From: a virus
Lineage: Duplodnaviria; Caudoviricetes
Length of the DNA stretch: 64,000 nucleotides
Reading direction: 5' to 3' (one strand)
IMG/VR virus record: IMGVR_UViG_3300013307_000671
Coordinates: 32,001-96,000 of that record
The notes below the pieces were generated by a model. It was not told the origin of the DNA, did no database searches, and worked only from the letters and a program-made list of their open reading frames with translations. Positions within the stretch are counted from its first letter, which is position 1. Each line of letters starts with the position of its first letter. Shown one piece after another: positions 20,415 to 29,614 of this stretch. Both the position numbers and the translations under genes were made by a program.

Positions 20415-20876
20415 TTATCGTTTCTGCACTTTTCTAAAAAGCAAGATTAAGTCTTTTTCGATTGTCTCTGCTTCTTTTTCATTTTCTTCAAGCCATTCAC
20501 TTCTGATATTTAAACCTTTTGCACTACCCTTGCTCACACGATTGATAGCATAATCTCTCAATAAGCGTTTAAATTCAGCATCAGCAGTTTCAATATCGCA
20601 CAGAGAAATATCTTGCCAGTTATTTACAGTGATTGGAGTGTTCCATGCCTCATCATAATCCCAAATACATTTACTTGGGTCTACGCCTTGTGGTACGGAC
20701 ATTACTTTACCATAAACAGAAAAGCTCTTAGATCCAACCAGCTTTGTCCAAACACCATCTTTGAAGAAAGGGCGTTTATCAAAAGATTTGACTGTGCCGT
20801 CAGCATCCATAACCACATAAAACACACCGCCATCATGTTCACGGCAACGGAGTCCAAAAACAGTAACTCTTTTCAT
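20415..20876 (-). CDS. phage-type hypothetical protein
   Basis: YVVMDADG.V..F..RP....W motif. Confidence 0.7.
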   Translation of the reverse strand: MKRVTVFGLRCREHDGGVFYVVMDADGTVKSFDKRPFFKDGVWTKLVGSKSFSVYGKVMSVPQGVDPSKCIWDYDEAWNTPITVNNWQDISLCDIETADAEFKRLLRDYAINRVSKGSAKGLNIRSEWLEENEKEAETIEKDLILLFRKVQKR

Positions 20877-20885
20877 GATTACTCC

Positions 20886-21179
20886 TTATTTACCATCAAT
20901 GATGAGGTAGATACGTTCAACAAGAGACTGATGCATAGCAAAACCTTTATCATCAAGAGTTGTTTTATAACAACCGCTATGCCAGTCAGAATGAACACGC
21001 AGAGGCTTCTCTCCGTTCTCAAGCTGTCCAGCGGCTGACGCCATCATAGCAGAATCGGGGCCGTTGAAACGGTCTTCCTCATCATCCCATTCAGGATCAA
21101 AATCAGCACGAATCTTCGCATATTTCTCAATAAATGTCTTGATTTCTTTCGCCAGCTGCAGCTTTTCAGTTTTCATCAC
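20886..21179 (-). CDS. hypothetical protein
   Basis: 97 aa; box-bearing promoter (21222-21232). Confidence 0.7.
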   Translation of the reverse strand: MMKTEKLQLAKEIKTFIEKYAKIRADFDPEWDDEEDRFNGPDSAMMASAAGQLENGEKPLRVHSDWHSGCYKTTLDDKGFAMHQSLVERIYLIIDGK

Positions 21180-21246
21180 AAAATCTCTTTCTCGTTAAGT
21201 TGAAATCAGTATAGCTTTTCGTGTTGTCTTAATCAAGCTTTATTTA

Positions 21247-21567
21247 CTACCACATGATTTTTATCACCTGCCGGGCCAGTGGCTCATTGAAGCACACTAT
21301 ACTCTCATGAAGAATATAAAGAAGGTCATCAATCGCTTCCTGCTTTTGTTCAGGCAACAACTTTTCGGACATAGAGGCAATATAGTTTTGATACACTGTC
21401 TTTTCATTTTCAGTGAACATGCTTAAATCGCAGCCACTAAAGATTTCCGATATATCCTCCTGAACTGAATCATGATTACCATTCTCGTTTTCGGCACGAA
21501 GGTTATCAATGATTTCACATGCTTCAGTTATCCAAACCATATCATGATCACTAACAGAAGTTTTCAT
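21247..21567 (-). CDS. acidic hypothetical protein
   Basis: GAGG RBS; box-bearing promoter (21606-21616). Confidence 0.7.
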   Translation of the reverse strand: MKTSVSDHDMVWITEACEIIDNLRAENENGNHDSVQEDISEIFSGCDLSMFTENEKTVYQNYIASMSEKLLPEQKQEAIDDLLYILHESIVCFNEPLARQVIKIMW

Positions 21568-21678
21568 ACATTACCTCAGTATATTTAATAACGCATTATC
21601 TTTCTTGTTGTCATAAATGCAACAAAAAAGACGCCTGAGCGTCTCTTTTAAATCTTATGCTATACACAAAACTTAGAT

Positions 21679-22275
21679 TTACAGCGTTGGTTCGTTTTTA
21701 ATGATATGATTACACAATGTGTAATCTTCATCAACAATCTGATCACGCAGGAAATCGATAAAGCTTTTGTTTTCCTCAAGCACCTCATGAACAAACTCTC
21801 TTGAATAAACAACATCAATAAACTGCTGAAAACGCGCTTTAACCAAATCAGAATCGGGATCGGTGTATTTTCCCATCATGTCTTTGAGGATATTTGCAAC
21901 CTTATAGGTTTCCTCATAACTTACATTTCGGTAATTTAGATTATACAAAACATTTAATATCTCACCCGCATCAAGGATAGCATCTTCATTATATTCCATG
22001 CCATCATCCACTACAGGCTTAACTTTTACATCAAACGCAGCAATAGCCTTGCCCAGCGCTTCAAAAGGCGTAGAACCTTCCCACACAGATTCTCCATTTA
22101 GTGCGCTGAATGGAGGCTCAGTTTTACGCACAACCCATTGCGCTGCTTCACGCGCCTTTTTAGTCATAAAGCTTGGGCCAGAGTTATACGATAAAGACCA
22201 GCCAAAAAACATAGAAGCTACGATTTTATCTAACGCTTTATCATTCAGCCTATCAATCATAATCTTATCTCTCAC
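21679..22275 (-). CDS. hypothetical protein
   Basis: 198 aa, divergent from 22429. Confidence 0.7.
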   Translation of the reverse strand: MRDKIMIDRLNDKALDKIVASMFFGWSLSYNSGPSFMTKKAREAAQWVVRKTEPPFSALNGESVWEGSTPFEALGKAIAAFDVKVKPVVDDGMEYNEDAILDAGEILNVLYNLNYRNVSYEETYKVANILKDMMGKYTDPDSDLVKARFQQFIDVVYSREFVHEVLEENKSFIDFLRDQIVDEDYTLCNHIIKNEPTL

Positions 22276-22428
22276 TTAGTTAATTTACATTATTATACCT
22301 ACTTATGTTGTCGCATTCAATCTAAATTTATTTTATTTATTAAAAAATAGTTTATATAAAGACATTAAAAAGTTGACTTTAACCCGTTCTTTAGCTATAA
22401 TGGTTTCAACTTAACAGGAGATACGACG

Positions 22429-23274
22429 ATGAAATATGATTTTTTCCTAAGTGGCCTGGATGAGCCTTTCAAGCAAAAAACCATTGAGGCTATTAAGGTT
22501 ATTGAAGATGCCAGCGCTTCGGGATCTATTCGCAATGTGGTATACAACGATGCTAAAGATACTCTAAATCGCGCCTGTTATCGTGCTGATAAAAAACTCA
22601 AGCCAGATTATAACTACGAAGAATGCTCTTACGACCTGCGTGCTTTTATTGACAATACTGGCTACATTGACAGTCTCCATAACATTATCTCTCTTCGCAA
22701 GAAAGTTGAAAAAACGAAAGAGCGTGCGCCTCTGGTTGTCTATTATGATCGTATCTCTGCAGAGCTTTTCGATTTAGCTCTCACAATGAAAGACTTAAAA
22801 TCTAAAGTCGTAAAAGGCCGTGATCCTAACAAAAAACCCGCGCCTCCGGCAAACCCTAATAAAATCGTGAAAACTTGCGGGTGCTGCCTGCGTCAGATTG
22901 CCATTAGCAAAGATAAAAAAATGGTTCATCACGGCTTTGAACGTCCCGGCGATGGATATCAGACAGATTCTTGCGCAGGCATCAACTTTAAATACCTGGA
23001 AATCTCTGATGATGGCCCTCGCCATATGGTTAAAACTATCAGTGAGATGATTGAAAAAGAAAAGCAGAATCTGGAAAACTTCAAAGCTGCTAAAACGTTT
23101 AGCTTTCTGAACTACAATAAGAAATGGACCACAATCAATGAAGGCGATAATGGCTTTAATTCTTATAAAGAGAATATGATTTCTCGCCAAACCTATCACA
23201 TCAAAGCTCTTGAGCGTGATCTTGAAACGTTTAACAAGATTGTCAAAGAATGGAAGCCTACAGAAAACGAATAA
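22429..23274 (+). CDS. putative Zn-binding hypothetical protein
   Basis: TCGCC.R...HHGFERPG.GYQT.SC.G; TTGACT-17-TATAAT promoter, AGGAG RBS. Confidence 0.8.
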   Translation: MKYDFFLSGLDEPFKQKTIEAIKVIEDASASGSIRNVVYNDAKDTLNRACYRADKKLKPDYNYEECSYDLRAFIDNTGYIDSLHNIISLRKKVEKTKERAPLVVYYDRISAELFDLALTMKDLKSKVVKGRDPNKKPAPPANPNKIVKTCGCCLRQIAISKDKKMVHHGFERPGDGYQTDSCAGINFKYLEISDDGPRHMVKTISEMIEKEKQNLENFKAAKTFSFLNYNKKWTTINEGDNGFNSYKENMISRQTYHIKALERDLETFNKIVKEWKPTENE

Positions 23275-23363
23275 AGGAAAGCCACCATGAGGTGGCTTTT
23301 TATTTTACTCTCGTTCAGGCTGATATTTTCAGATAAAACAAAAGCTCCAGAGGGCTTTCAATT

Positions 23364-23603
23364 TTAAGTCTCATCATCACCTTTTAAAACAAGTTTCCGC
23401 GTGGCGGCTTTTGCGTTAGCACGAATACGTGTTCTTACAAACTTCTTCGCTCCACGTTTAGACTTCGCAATCATGCGGCTGTTTCCATCGCAGTCGATAG
23501 AGGCGTGGGCCACAACCGATTCTCCACCTACGCTTACTTTTGTCAAATATCCCTGACGCCATTTCTTACGGATTTTGTCATCACGGGCATTCTGCTTATT
23601 CAT
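23364..23603 (-). CDS. small basic protein, paralog of 23596..23976
   Basis: MNKQNARDDK...KRGAKKFVRTRIRANAKAAT. Confidence 0.7.
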   Translation of the reverse strand: MNKQNARDDKIRKKWRQGYLTKVSVGGESVVAHASIDCDGNSRMIAKSKRGAKKFVRTRIRANAKAATRKLVLKGDDET

Positions 23604-23976
23604 TTTCAACACCTTTTTTAGCAAGACGTTGAGTTGCTGCATTCGCATTTGCACGAATACGCGTTCTTACGAACTTCTTGGCTCCACGCACAGACTTTGC
23701 CATACCGCGATGACCATTACAGTAATCATTACCAATCCATGCTCTAGCAGTGATGATTTCATCACCTACTTTCGCACGATCTCCCCAGCCATGCATAGAT
23801 TTATCAAGCTGATCCGTATTACCCACCCGCTGAATATTACCTCGCACTGGCTTATTCGCATCTTCACGACCGCGCTGTTCAGGCTCGTCAGGCCAACAAC
23901 CAAATCCGTTATTATATCGCACGTGACGCTGGTTTTTAGGCGCTTTATTCTTACGCCTGTGATTAATGTCAGTCAT
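23596..23976 (-). CDS. small basic protein
   Basis: ...VRGAKKFVRTRIRANANAAT; GAGGA RBS. Confidence 0.7.
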   Translation of the reverse strand: MTDINHRRKNKAPKNQRHVRYNNGFGCWPDEPEQRGREDANKPVRGNIQRVGNTDQLDKSMHGWGDRAKVGDEIITARAWIGNDYCNGHRGMAKSVRGAKKFVRTRIRANANAATQRLAKKGVENE

Positions 23977-23978
23977 TA

Positions 23979-24100
23979 CTATCCTCGCTTTAAAACGCTT
24001 TTCCGGCGCTTCTGTTTGATTTTAGATTTCGGCTTACTGCGACCCGCTTCAACATCAGAAAGCTTTTTAGGCTGACCAATTTTCTTCGCAAAAGCCTTAC
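23979..24100 (-). pseudogene. orphaned 3' end of the cREC gene 25829..26173, cut off by IscB element
   Basis: start-less frame KAFAKKIGQPKK...VLKRG* rejoins in frame with ..DAPYR when 24101-25836 is removed. Confidence 0.7.
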
Positions 24101-24143
24101 CGAAATATCGAAGCCTCGCTCCTTGGAGCAGTGTCTATACATC

Positions 24144-25442
24144 TTAATCATACGCATAACTATATCCGTCAAAACGATACAGCATTACGCAGTTCTTCCA
24201 GCCTATTCCTTCCACTCTCCCCTGTTTTACTTTTATATTGAAGATTCCTCTCGATCTTACCGATACCTTTCCTTTATATACTCCTTTTTTCTTCCCTTTC
24301 AATACTACTGCCTTAACCATGTCTCCCGTTTTAAATCCTCTCACTATCTTAGGGCCTTTCGCTTTTCCTCGCGGAAAACCATATTTATCAACTAAACACA
24401 TTTGCCTGCTATTTCTTCTTTCCTTCTTAATCAGCAATGGCCTTAACTTAGATGAAATATATACCTTCGCTCCCGTTGTGCCTGCGCATAATGCATCGAC
24501 ATAATGCTCCTTAGCGTAGCCCTGAGACACCCGGTTATACTTAGTCTCTGCGCCCGTTCCCGTCAGAACAGGCACCTTTAAACCTGACAGCTCTTTGATG
24601 ATTTGTTTGCGACTTATATTGACCGCTGCAGCATCTTTTAACGGAGTCTTTAACTGTGCCTTTATCTTTTTTAATAAAGGCTGGTTATCCTTCAGAAACT
24701 CCTCAATGGACATATTATCTTTCTTCTCATTACACACCCTGCAGGATAACACCAGATTGCTTATTCTGTTGCTTCCGCCTCTGCTACGTGGGATAACATG
24801 CTCTTTTTCAAATGGCACATTCTTGGCCTCACAATAGACGCAGCTATAGTGATATTTCTCAAGCAAATATGCTTTCACTTCGTAATCAAACAGCGTGCCA
24901 CGCTGATACTCAATTCCTTCAACTGCAGCGCTTTCCATCTTCTGCATATCAAACTTAACCGATTCTACCGTGATAAAACCCACAGGAGCCAGTCTAATGA
25001 AACGCTTAGACCATTCAGTTATGTTATCTACACGACTTTGAACGGATGGCGCTAACCATCCTTTATGCTTACTTCTTACGCGGTTAAGAAAACGTGGTGA
25101 TCTGTAGCGGGTTTTACGGTTTCTCCTCGACCTTCTCACCATACGACGACTATCTAAGTTGCCTTTTATTTCCTGCCCACGGTGAGTTAACACTGCCCCG
25201 AATATCGCAGACAGCCTGTTTTTACCATGTAAAACTAATCCTATTCCTGTTTGCTTTGAACCCGGATCAAACTTGAGTTCAACAGGCTGTTTGTATCCAT
25301 CTGAACGCTGAGTTAACTGTATAGTAAAAGGGTAGAAGCGTTTAACGACAGCTTTTTTGCTATGCAATAGCTGTCTTGCCCTTGCCGGATGGCAGGGCAT
25401 CAACGTCTTACCTGTTTGACTTAATACAAAAACTCTATTCAA
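24144..25442 (-). CDS. iscB: RNA-guided endonuclease IscB
   Basis: PLMP domain (TLMPCHPARAR), RuvC-I FDPGSK, Arg-rich bridge helix, RuvC-II VESVKFD, HNH CVYC..EHVIPRSRGGSN..NLVLSC..CN, RuvC-III HYVDALC. Confidence 0.95.
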   Translation of the reverse strand: MNRVFVLSQTGKTLMPCHPARARQLLHSKKAVVKRFYPFTIQLTQRSDGYKQPVELKFDPGSKQTGIGLVLHGKNRLSAIFGAVLTHRGQEIKGNLDSRRMVRRSRRNRKTRYRSPRFLNRVRSKHKGWLAPSVQSRVDNITEWSKRFIRLAPVGFITVESVKFDMQKMESAAVEGIEYQRGTLFDYEVKAYLLEKYHYSCVYCEAKNVPFEKEHVIPRSRGGSNRISNLVLSCRVCNEKKDNMSIEEFLKDNQPLLKKIKAQLKTPLKDAAAVNISRKQIIKELSGLKVPVLTGTGAETKYNRVSQGYAKEHYVDALCAGTTGAKVYISSKLRPLLIKKERRNSRQMCLVDKYGFPRGKAKGPKIVRGFKTGDMVKAVVLKGKKKGVYKGKVSVRSRGIFNIKVKQGRVEGIGWKNCVMLYRFDGYSYAYD

Positions 25443-25499
25443 TTGTACTGTTCCTTTATTACTTCATTATTATTTATAAATAAGTTACCTTATTATCTT

Positions 25500-25836
25500 T
25501 TATGAAAAACGATGTTTTTCATAAAGTAAGCTCTCCTCGCCAAAGTTAAAAAACATTTCATGTAATACACACTGTTTTCTCCCCGTGAAAACTGTTTAAT
25601 GTATTACGACAGTAATGAAAATGGGTTTATCATTTTCGATGCGTAGAACTGGAGAAGCATCCTACGGTGTCATCTGTTTTTTAACGTAGCCTGTAAAACC
25701 AAAGTTCTACAGGCTGAGGCTGGTCAGTTAATCCAAGTCGGAGACTTGCTCAGAAAAACCAGATGGTTTTTCTGTTTCGAAAACGATGAATCCGTTTTCA
25801 TTAACAAGCCTCGCCCGACAGGGCGGGGTTACTGAC
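25500..25836 (-). ncRNA. omegaRNA (HEARO-type) scaffold of IscB
   Basis: multi-hairpin region with GACCAGCCTCAG, CTACGTT, ACACCGTAGGATGCTTCTCCAGT, TTAAACAG, TTGGCGAGGAGA; 3' boundary approximate. Confidence 0.85.
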
Positions 25837-26173
25837 GGTAAGGAGCATCAATAACGTCAATGCCATGTGCTTTAAAATTTTCTTTATGACGTTCAAGCGT
25901 CCGAGCTACCACTTTATCATCACTGGAGTGAAGATAAATCTTTTTCAGGTTTTTGAACTTATCAAGACGATAGTTAATCCGACCCATAATGTGCTCACCT
26001 GTAATCGAAGGATGCCCTAAGAAGTTATCCAGGTAAATAATCTCAACGGTATCCTCGTTCTCAATAACCAGCTTACGCGCAAGACGCGCATCAGACTCAC
26101 TCACCACACCATCGACATTATCCAGATAATGCTCAGCTTTACGCATATCATCAATCCAAAGACGCTTAATCAT
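25829..26173 (-). CDS. cyclic-phosphate-processing receiver (cREC)-like protein, 3'-truncated by IscB element
   Basis: LWIDDMR, IYLDNFLG, IYLHSS. Confidence 0.75.
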   Translation of the reverse strand: MIKRLWIDDMRKAEHYLDNVDGVVSESDARLARKLVIENEDTVEIIYLDNFLGHPSITGEHIMGRINYRLDKFKNLKKIYLHSSDDKVVARTLERHKENFKAHGIDVIDAPYRQ

Positions 26174-26230
26174 TTTCTATCCTTTCTTCAAAATAGTGAA
26201 AGCCCTACAGTGATATAGGGCTGCAGTAGC

Positions 26231-26596
26231 TTACAGACAACGTGAGCGGTAAGGCGCTACATCCAATCCCACATTTCGCTTATCAAAATGAGATTTGTAG
26301 CTCAACATACGTTCAATTGCCACATCATCACTTGAGTGCAGATATACCTGCTTCAGATTCGGATAACGCTCAAGACGAAACGCAACAAAGCTCAGCAAAT
26401 CCTCGCCTGATACATCAGCATCACCTAAATTATTATCCAGATACAAAACCTCCAGCGTAGGCGCAGCATCGCGGAAAAGATAGTTCCGTGCCTCCCATGC
26501 TTCTTTTTTCCAGACTACCTTATCAGAGAAATCAGGCAGGATTTTAGACGGATCACGTAAATCATCAATCCAAAGCTCAGTAGCAACTTGTTCCAT
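26231..26596 (-). CDS. cREC-like receiver protein (tandem paralog)
   Basis: LWIDDLR, LYLDNNLG, VYLHSS, APYR. Confidence 0.75.
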   Translation of the reverse strand: MEQVATELWIDDLRDPSKILPDFSDKVVWKKEAWEARNYLFRDAAPTLEVLYLDNNLGDADVSGEDLLSFVAFRLERYPNLKQVYLHSSDDVAIERMLSYKSHFDKRNVGLDVAPYRSRCL

Positions 26597-26691
26597 TTTC
26601 TTTTATCTCGACTGTATATTAGATTACGATGATTATACGACAACATTAAATCAAACACAATAAAAAAGAGAGGAAGCCTCTCTTTAGTTTA

Positions 26692-26892
26692 TTATTCGAT
26701 AGTTTGCTTTTTCCACCAGCCACGGAAGTAAAAATCTTCTCCGTCATCTCCTTCAAACTCGCTGATCAGTTCGCCTTGATTACAGCCATTTTCAATATCT
26801 GACTGGATTTTACTCATCACATCTGCCATCACGATATCTTTATATTGCTCTGGCACATCATCATTGATTCGAATATTGATATTTACTTCCAT
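26692..26892 (-). CDS. small acidic protein
   Basis: GAGG RBS, D/E-rich. Confidence 0.65.
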   Translation of the reverse strand: MEVNINIRINDDVPEQYKDIVMADVMSKIQSDIENGCNQGELISEFEGDDGEDFYFRGWWKKQTIE

Positions 26893-26903
26893 TACGTGCC
26901 TCT

Positions 26904-27071
26904 TTATTTAGCGTGTTCCAGTAAGCCCAGAACGAAAGCTTTGATTTCATGCAGATCTTCTTCATCAATACCCATTGTATAAGCACAGCTCTCACCTAAG
27001 TCTTCTGAAGAAGTCATCTCAGACATCAACTCACGAACCGCTTCAATCTTTTCTTTTAATGTTAAGCTCAT
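26904..27071 (-). CDS. small acidic protein (55 aa, not in ORF track)
   Basis: MSLTLKEKIEAVRELMSEM...; GAGGAG RBS. Confidence 0.6.
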   Translation of the reverse strand: MSLTLKEKIEAVRELMSEMTSSEDLGESCAYTMGIDEEDLHEIKAFVLGLLEHAK

Positions 27072-27185
27072 ATTATCTCCTCGTTTAAGCGCTTATTATA
27101 CCTTAAAACAACAACTAAATACAACAAAAATCCTTTCTGAAATGCTCTCTCAAAAGACAAAAAGAGCCTTTCGACCCTTTCTGAT

Positions 27186-27515
27186 TTATTCATCCATATC
27201 GGTTTTATACAGATCGTAATGTGTAATCAGTGATTCTGTATTCGCTTTGAGCCAAGCCTTCACCTCTTCAAGCGTTGTAGCGCGATACTGCAGGAGAACA
27301 TTTTCAAACGGACAGGCATATCCAGGTGTTGGCTCGCGCTTAACTGCCAGATAAACTGAAAACTCACGTTTTTCATCTCGCGCTTTTGGCGGCTGAATCC
27401 AGCCAACTTTCTTGCCTTCATGTTTGATGTAGGTTTGTGGAATATGATTACCAACAGCCATCAAACCTGTCAGCTTTTTACCATTCTTAAACGTGAAAGC
27501 CTTCACCTTAGCCAT
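27186..27515 (-). CDS. hypothetical protein
   Basis: 109 aa, GAGAGG RBS. Confidence 0.7.
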   Translation of the reverse strand: MAKVKAFTFKNGKKLTGLMAVGNHIPQTYIKHEGKKVGWIQPPKARDEKREFSVYLAVKREPTPGYACPFENVLLQYRATTLEEVKAWLKANTESLITHYDLYKTDMDE

Positions 27516-27532
27516 TTCATTGCCTCTCAGGA

Positions 27533-27781
27533 TTATTTAAAAAGATTGCCTGTGTAAACGTTCTGAAGATAGTTCCCACCAATATACGGAGAACGCGCCC
27601 GCTTCACATTGACATAACCACGCTTTTCCAGCTTGCTCACCAGAGAAGCTACGCGCTGACGACTCATACCGAGCTTTTCGCCCATATCACGCAAAGACAT
27701 CTCTTTTTTCGTCAGCAGGTTATACAAGTTAGCTTTCATCAGAACATCCTCATTGCTGTTTATGTTGTCATAATACATCAA
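27533..27781 (-). CDS. winged helix-turn-helix DNA-binding protein
   Basis: MSLRDMGEKLGMSRQRVASLVSKLEKRGYV; probable start MKANL (27739) after GAGGA; box at its -10 (27763-27773). Confidence 0.8.
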   Translation of the reverse strand: MMYYDNINSNEDVLMKANLYNLLTKKEMSLRDMGEKLGMSRQRVASLVSKLEKRGYVNVKRARSPYIGGNYLQNVYTGNLFK

Positions 27782-27941
27782 CCTACAGTCTTTAGCAACA
27801 AAAACTATTTCTTTTGCGTAGATTTTCTCTTTAAATAATACGAGACCGCTTTAAATCCAATGAAAATGCCTAATGCATAAAATAAAATAGGCCAAAACAC
27901 TTGATGAATCTCCTATGAAAAAACCGCCCGAAGGCGGCATA

Positions 27942-28166
27942 TTATTTAGCAAAATACTTCAAGTATAAATCAGCAAGCCAAAAGAAGAGGATTGCGCCAC
28001 CAGCCAAACCAAAAAAGATGATAGCAACCCAGCCATTAGAAGCGCCTCCACCACTATAACCACCATGATAGTTATAGCCACGATTATAACCGCGAGAAGA
28101 ACGGTAGCCGCGATTACGCTTAGTCACCCATTTTCCAGTCTTTCGATTATAATACATGTTGCTCAT
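27942..28166 (-). CDS. small R/G/Y-rich membrane protein
   Basis: RGY repeats followed by one TM segment. Confidence 0.6.
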   Translation of the reverse strand: MSNMYYNRKTGKWVTKRNRGYRSSRGYNRGYNYHGGYSGGGASNGWVAIIFFGLAGGAILFFWLADLYLKYFAK

Positions 28167-28385
28167 CTTTATCGCCTCTCAGCCTGTTTCGATAAAAAGA
28201 GTATAGCAATAAACCCGCTCAGTAACAACTCTTTTGTTGTCATTTACATGGCTTTACTTAAAAACGCCCATGCAGTGTCCCAAGCTCAACAAAATAGCCA
28301 GCTCTACAGCGTGAACTGCTATAATTTTAATATACATACTCATGATACGTCCTCAAAAAAAATACCGCCCGAAGGCGGCATTAGG

Positions 28386-28805
28386 TTAAGCCTCTGATTC
28401 AGCAACCATCAGATCTTCTAACAGTTTAGCTCGCTCAAGGAAGACACCAAAAGCCAAGCTTTCTTCGTTTTCATTGCCTTCGGTAATAGCCAGATCATAA
28501 CCTTTTTTCGCCATCAGGCTTGCAAAGAAATACTGCGTATTCTGGCGATAAGCGCGCTTCGACGGCTTACAAGTTCCAGTATAAACTTCTTCACCAGAGG
28601 AATGATTCACCAGCTTACCGTCAAAGTTATACGTTACCGCGTGAATCTGACCTGCTTTCGCATACACATGCACGGTATTACGATCACAGTCATAACCGTA
28701 TACCAGCGTGCCTTCATAACCTGCAGGCAGCTCAGAAACACTCACAGTTACGGAGTTGTTCACTTCAGTTTTCAGCAGCGCCAGTTCATCTTTAGTCATG
28801 TTCAT
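28386..28805 (-). CDS. hypothetical protein
   Basis: TLVYGYDCDRNTVHVY...PSKR.Y motif; GAGG RBS. Confidence 0.75.
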   Translation of the reverse strand: MNMTKDELALLKTEVNNSVTVSVSELPAGYEGTLVYGYDCDRNTVHVYAKAGQIHAVTYNFDGKLVNHSSGEEVYTGTCKPSKRAYRQNTQYFFASLMAKKGYDLAITEGNENEESLAFGVFLERAKLLEDLMVAESEA

Positions 28806-28826
28806 TTCCTCAAGGATTAATGTGTC

Positions 28827-28870
28827 GTTTCAATAAAAGAAGTATACGTTTTACTGACAACAATAGCAAG
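28827..28870 (-). promoter_or_regulatory. promoter with TATACT -10, ATTGAAAC +1 leader and GACAAYA box
   Basis: gtttcaat-aaaaga-agtata...tactgacaaca..agcaag. Confidence 0.7.
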
Positions 28871-28876
28871 TCTTTT

Positions 28877-29554
28877 TTACAGATAACCTAAAAATAATGG
28901 ATGCTTCTCAAGTTCGGCGCAAACATCATCATTTGGACGTTTCTCAGTGATAAAGAAGCCAAAAGCATTTGCTAAAGACATATTCCTGCCATGTGGTTGA
29001 TAGAAATGATGATTGAATGTGCTTACCTTAGCCAGAGCCTCAAGTTCAGCTACGCGCTTTTTCTTCTCAGCCAGGCTTATCTCTTTTACTTTGCGTTGAG
29101 CATTGACCTGCGCTATCTGAGCTTGTATCTCATCTGATCTCGCCTGATAAAAGGCTTCTGACTCACAGATCCCGCCACTTAACACATACTCTTCACGTTC
29201 GCTTTTGCGCGTCTGTGCTGTTGAGCGAGGAATAGCGCCTGCCCATGAGTAAGGAACGACCTTAAATGTCTCTTTGATGGCTTGCGCATCAAACGCGAAC
29301 AATACACCACGAGCCGCAAACTTTTCAGCAACAAGCTTATCCCGGCTCATGCACCAGCCATTTGCCCAATAGGATGAATCATACTCAGGCTGATCGTCAC
29401 TGTAAAACATCCCATCAGACCAAAAACGCTGCACCGAGTGAGGCTTAATAAAGCCGTTTTTAAGCGCCTCTAACGCTCTCTCAGAAGATAAACCATGCCA
29501 AAGCACACCAGCACGGTTTAATCCATAAATCGCCTTATATGTCTTCAGGTTCAT
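28877..29554 (-). CDS. putative ADP-ribosyltransferase-fold protein (paralog of 16268..16978)
   Basis: GVLWHG, GWCMSRD, EREEYVLSGG, HPLFLG. Confidence 0.5.
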   Translation of the reverse strand: MNLKTYKAIYGLNRAGVLWHGLSSERALEALKNGFIKPHSVQRFWSDGMFYSDDQPEYDSSYWANGWCMSRDKLVAEKFAARGVLFAFDAQAIKETFKVVPYSWAGAIPRSTAQTRKSEREEYVLSGGICESEAFYQARSDEIQAQIAQVNAQRKVKEISLAEKKKRVAELEALAKVSTFNHHFYQPHGRNMSLANAFGFFITEKRPNDDVCAELEKHPLFLGYL

Positions 29555-29614
29555 TTTAAAGCCCTAATGGTTTCTATAGTGTCATTATAGCAAAACTCTA
29601 TCATAATGACAACA

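Larger units (their letters stand above)
24101..25836 (-). mobile_element. non-autonomous IS200/IS605-family IscB (OMEGA) element, no tnpA
   Basis: end hairpin GTCAGTAACCCCGCCCTGTCGGGCGAGGCTTG, partial copy GGAGCGAGGCTTC at other end; in-frame empty site; no target duplication. Confidence 0.85.

Noticed and set aside
23990-24172. 60-aa ORF downstream of iscB
   Set aside because: Spans the element boundary; the alternative frame explains the region as the orphaned cREC tail
24101-25836. IStron (group I intron-IS hybrid), since it sits in a gene in sense orientation
   Set aside because: The non-coding part is accounted for by the omegaRNA; no group I core recognised
26231-26270. Paralogous cREC gene as self-target of the IscB guide
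   Set aside because: Only 7 contiguous nt (CCTTACC) match and the following sequence GCTCA differs from the inferred TAM
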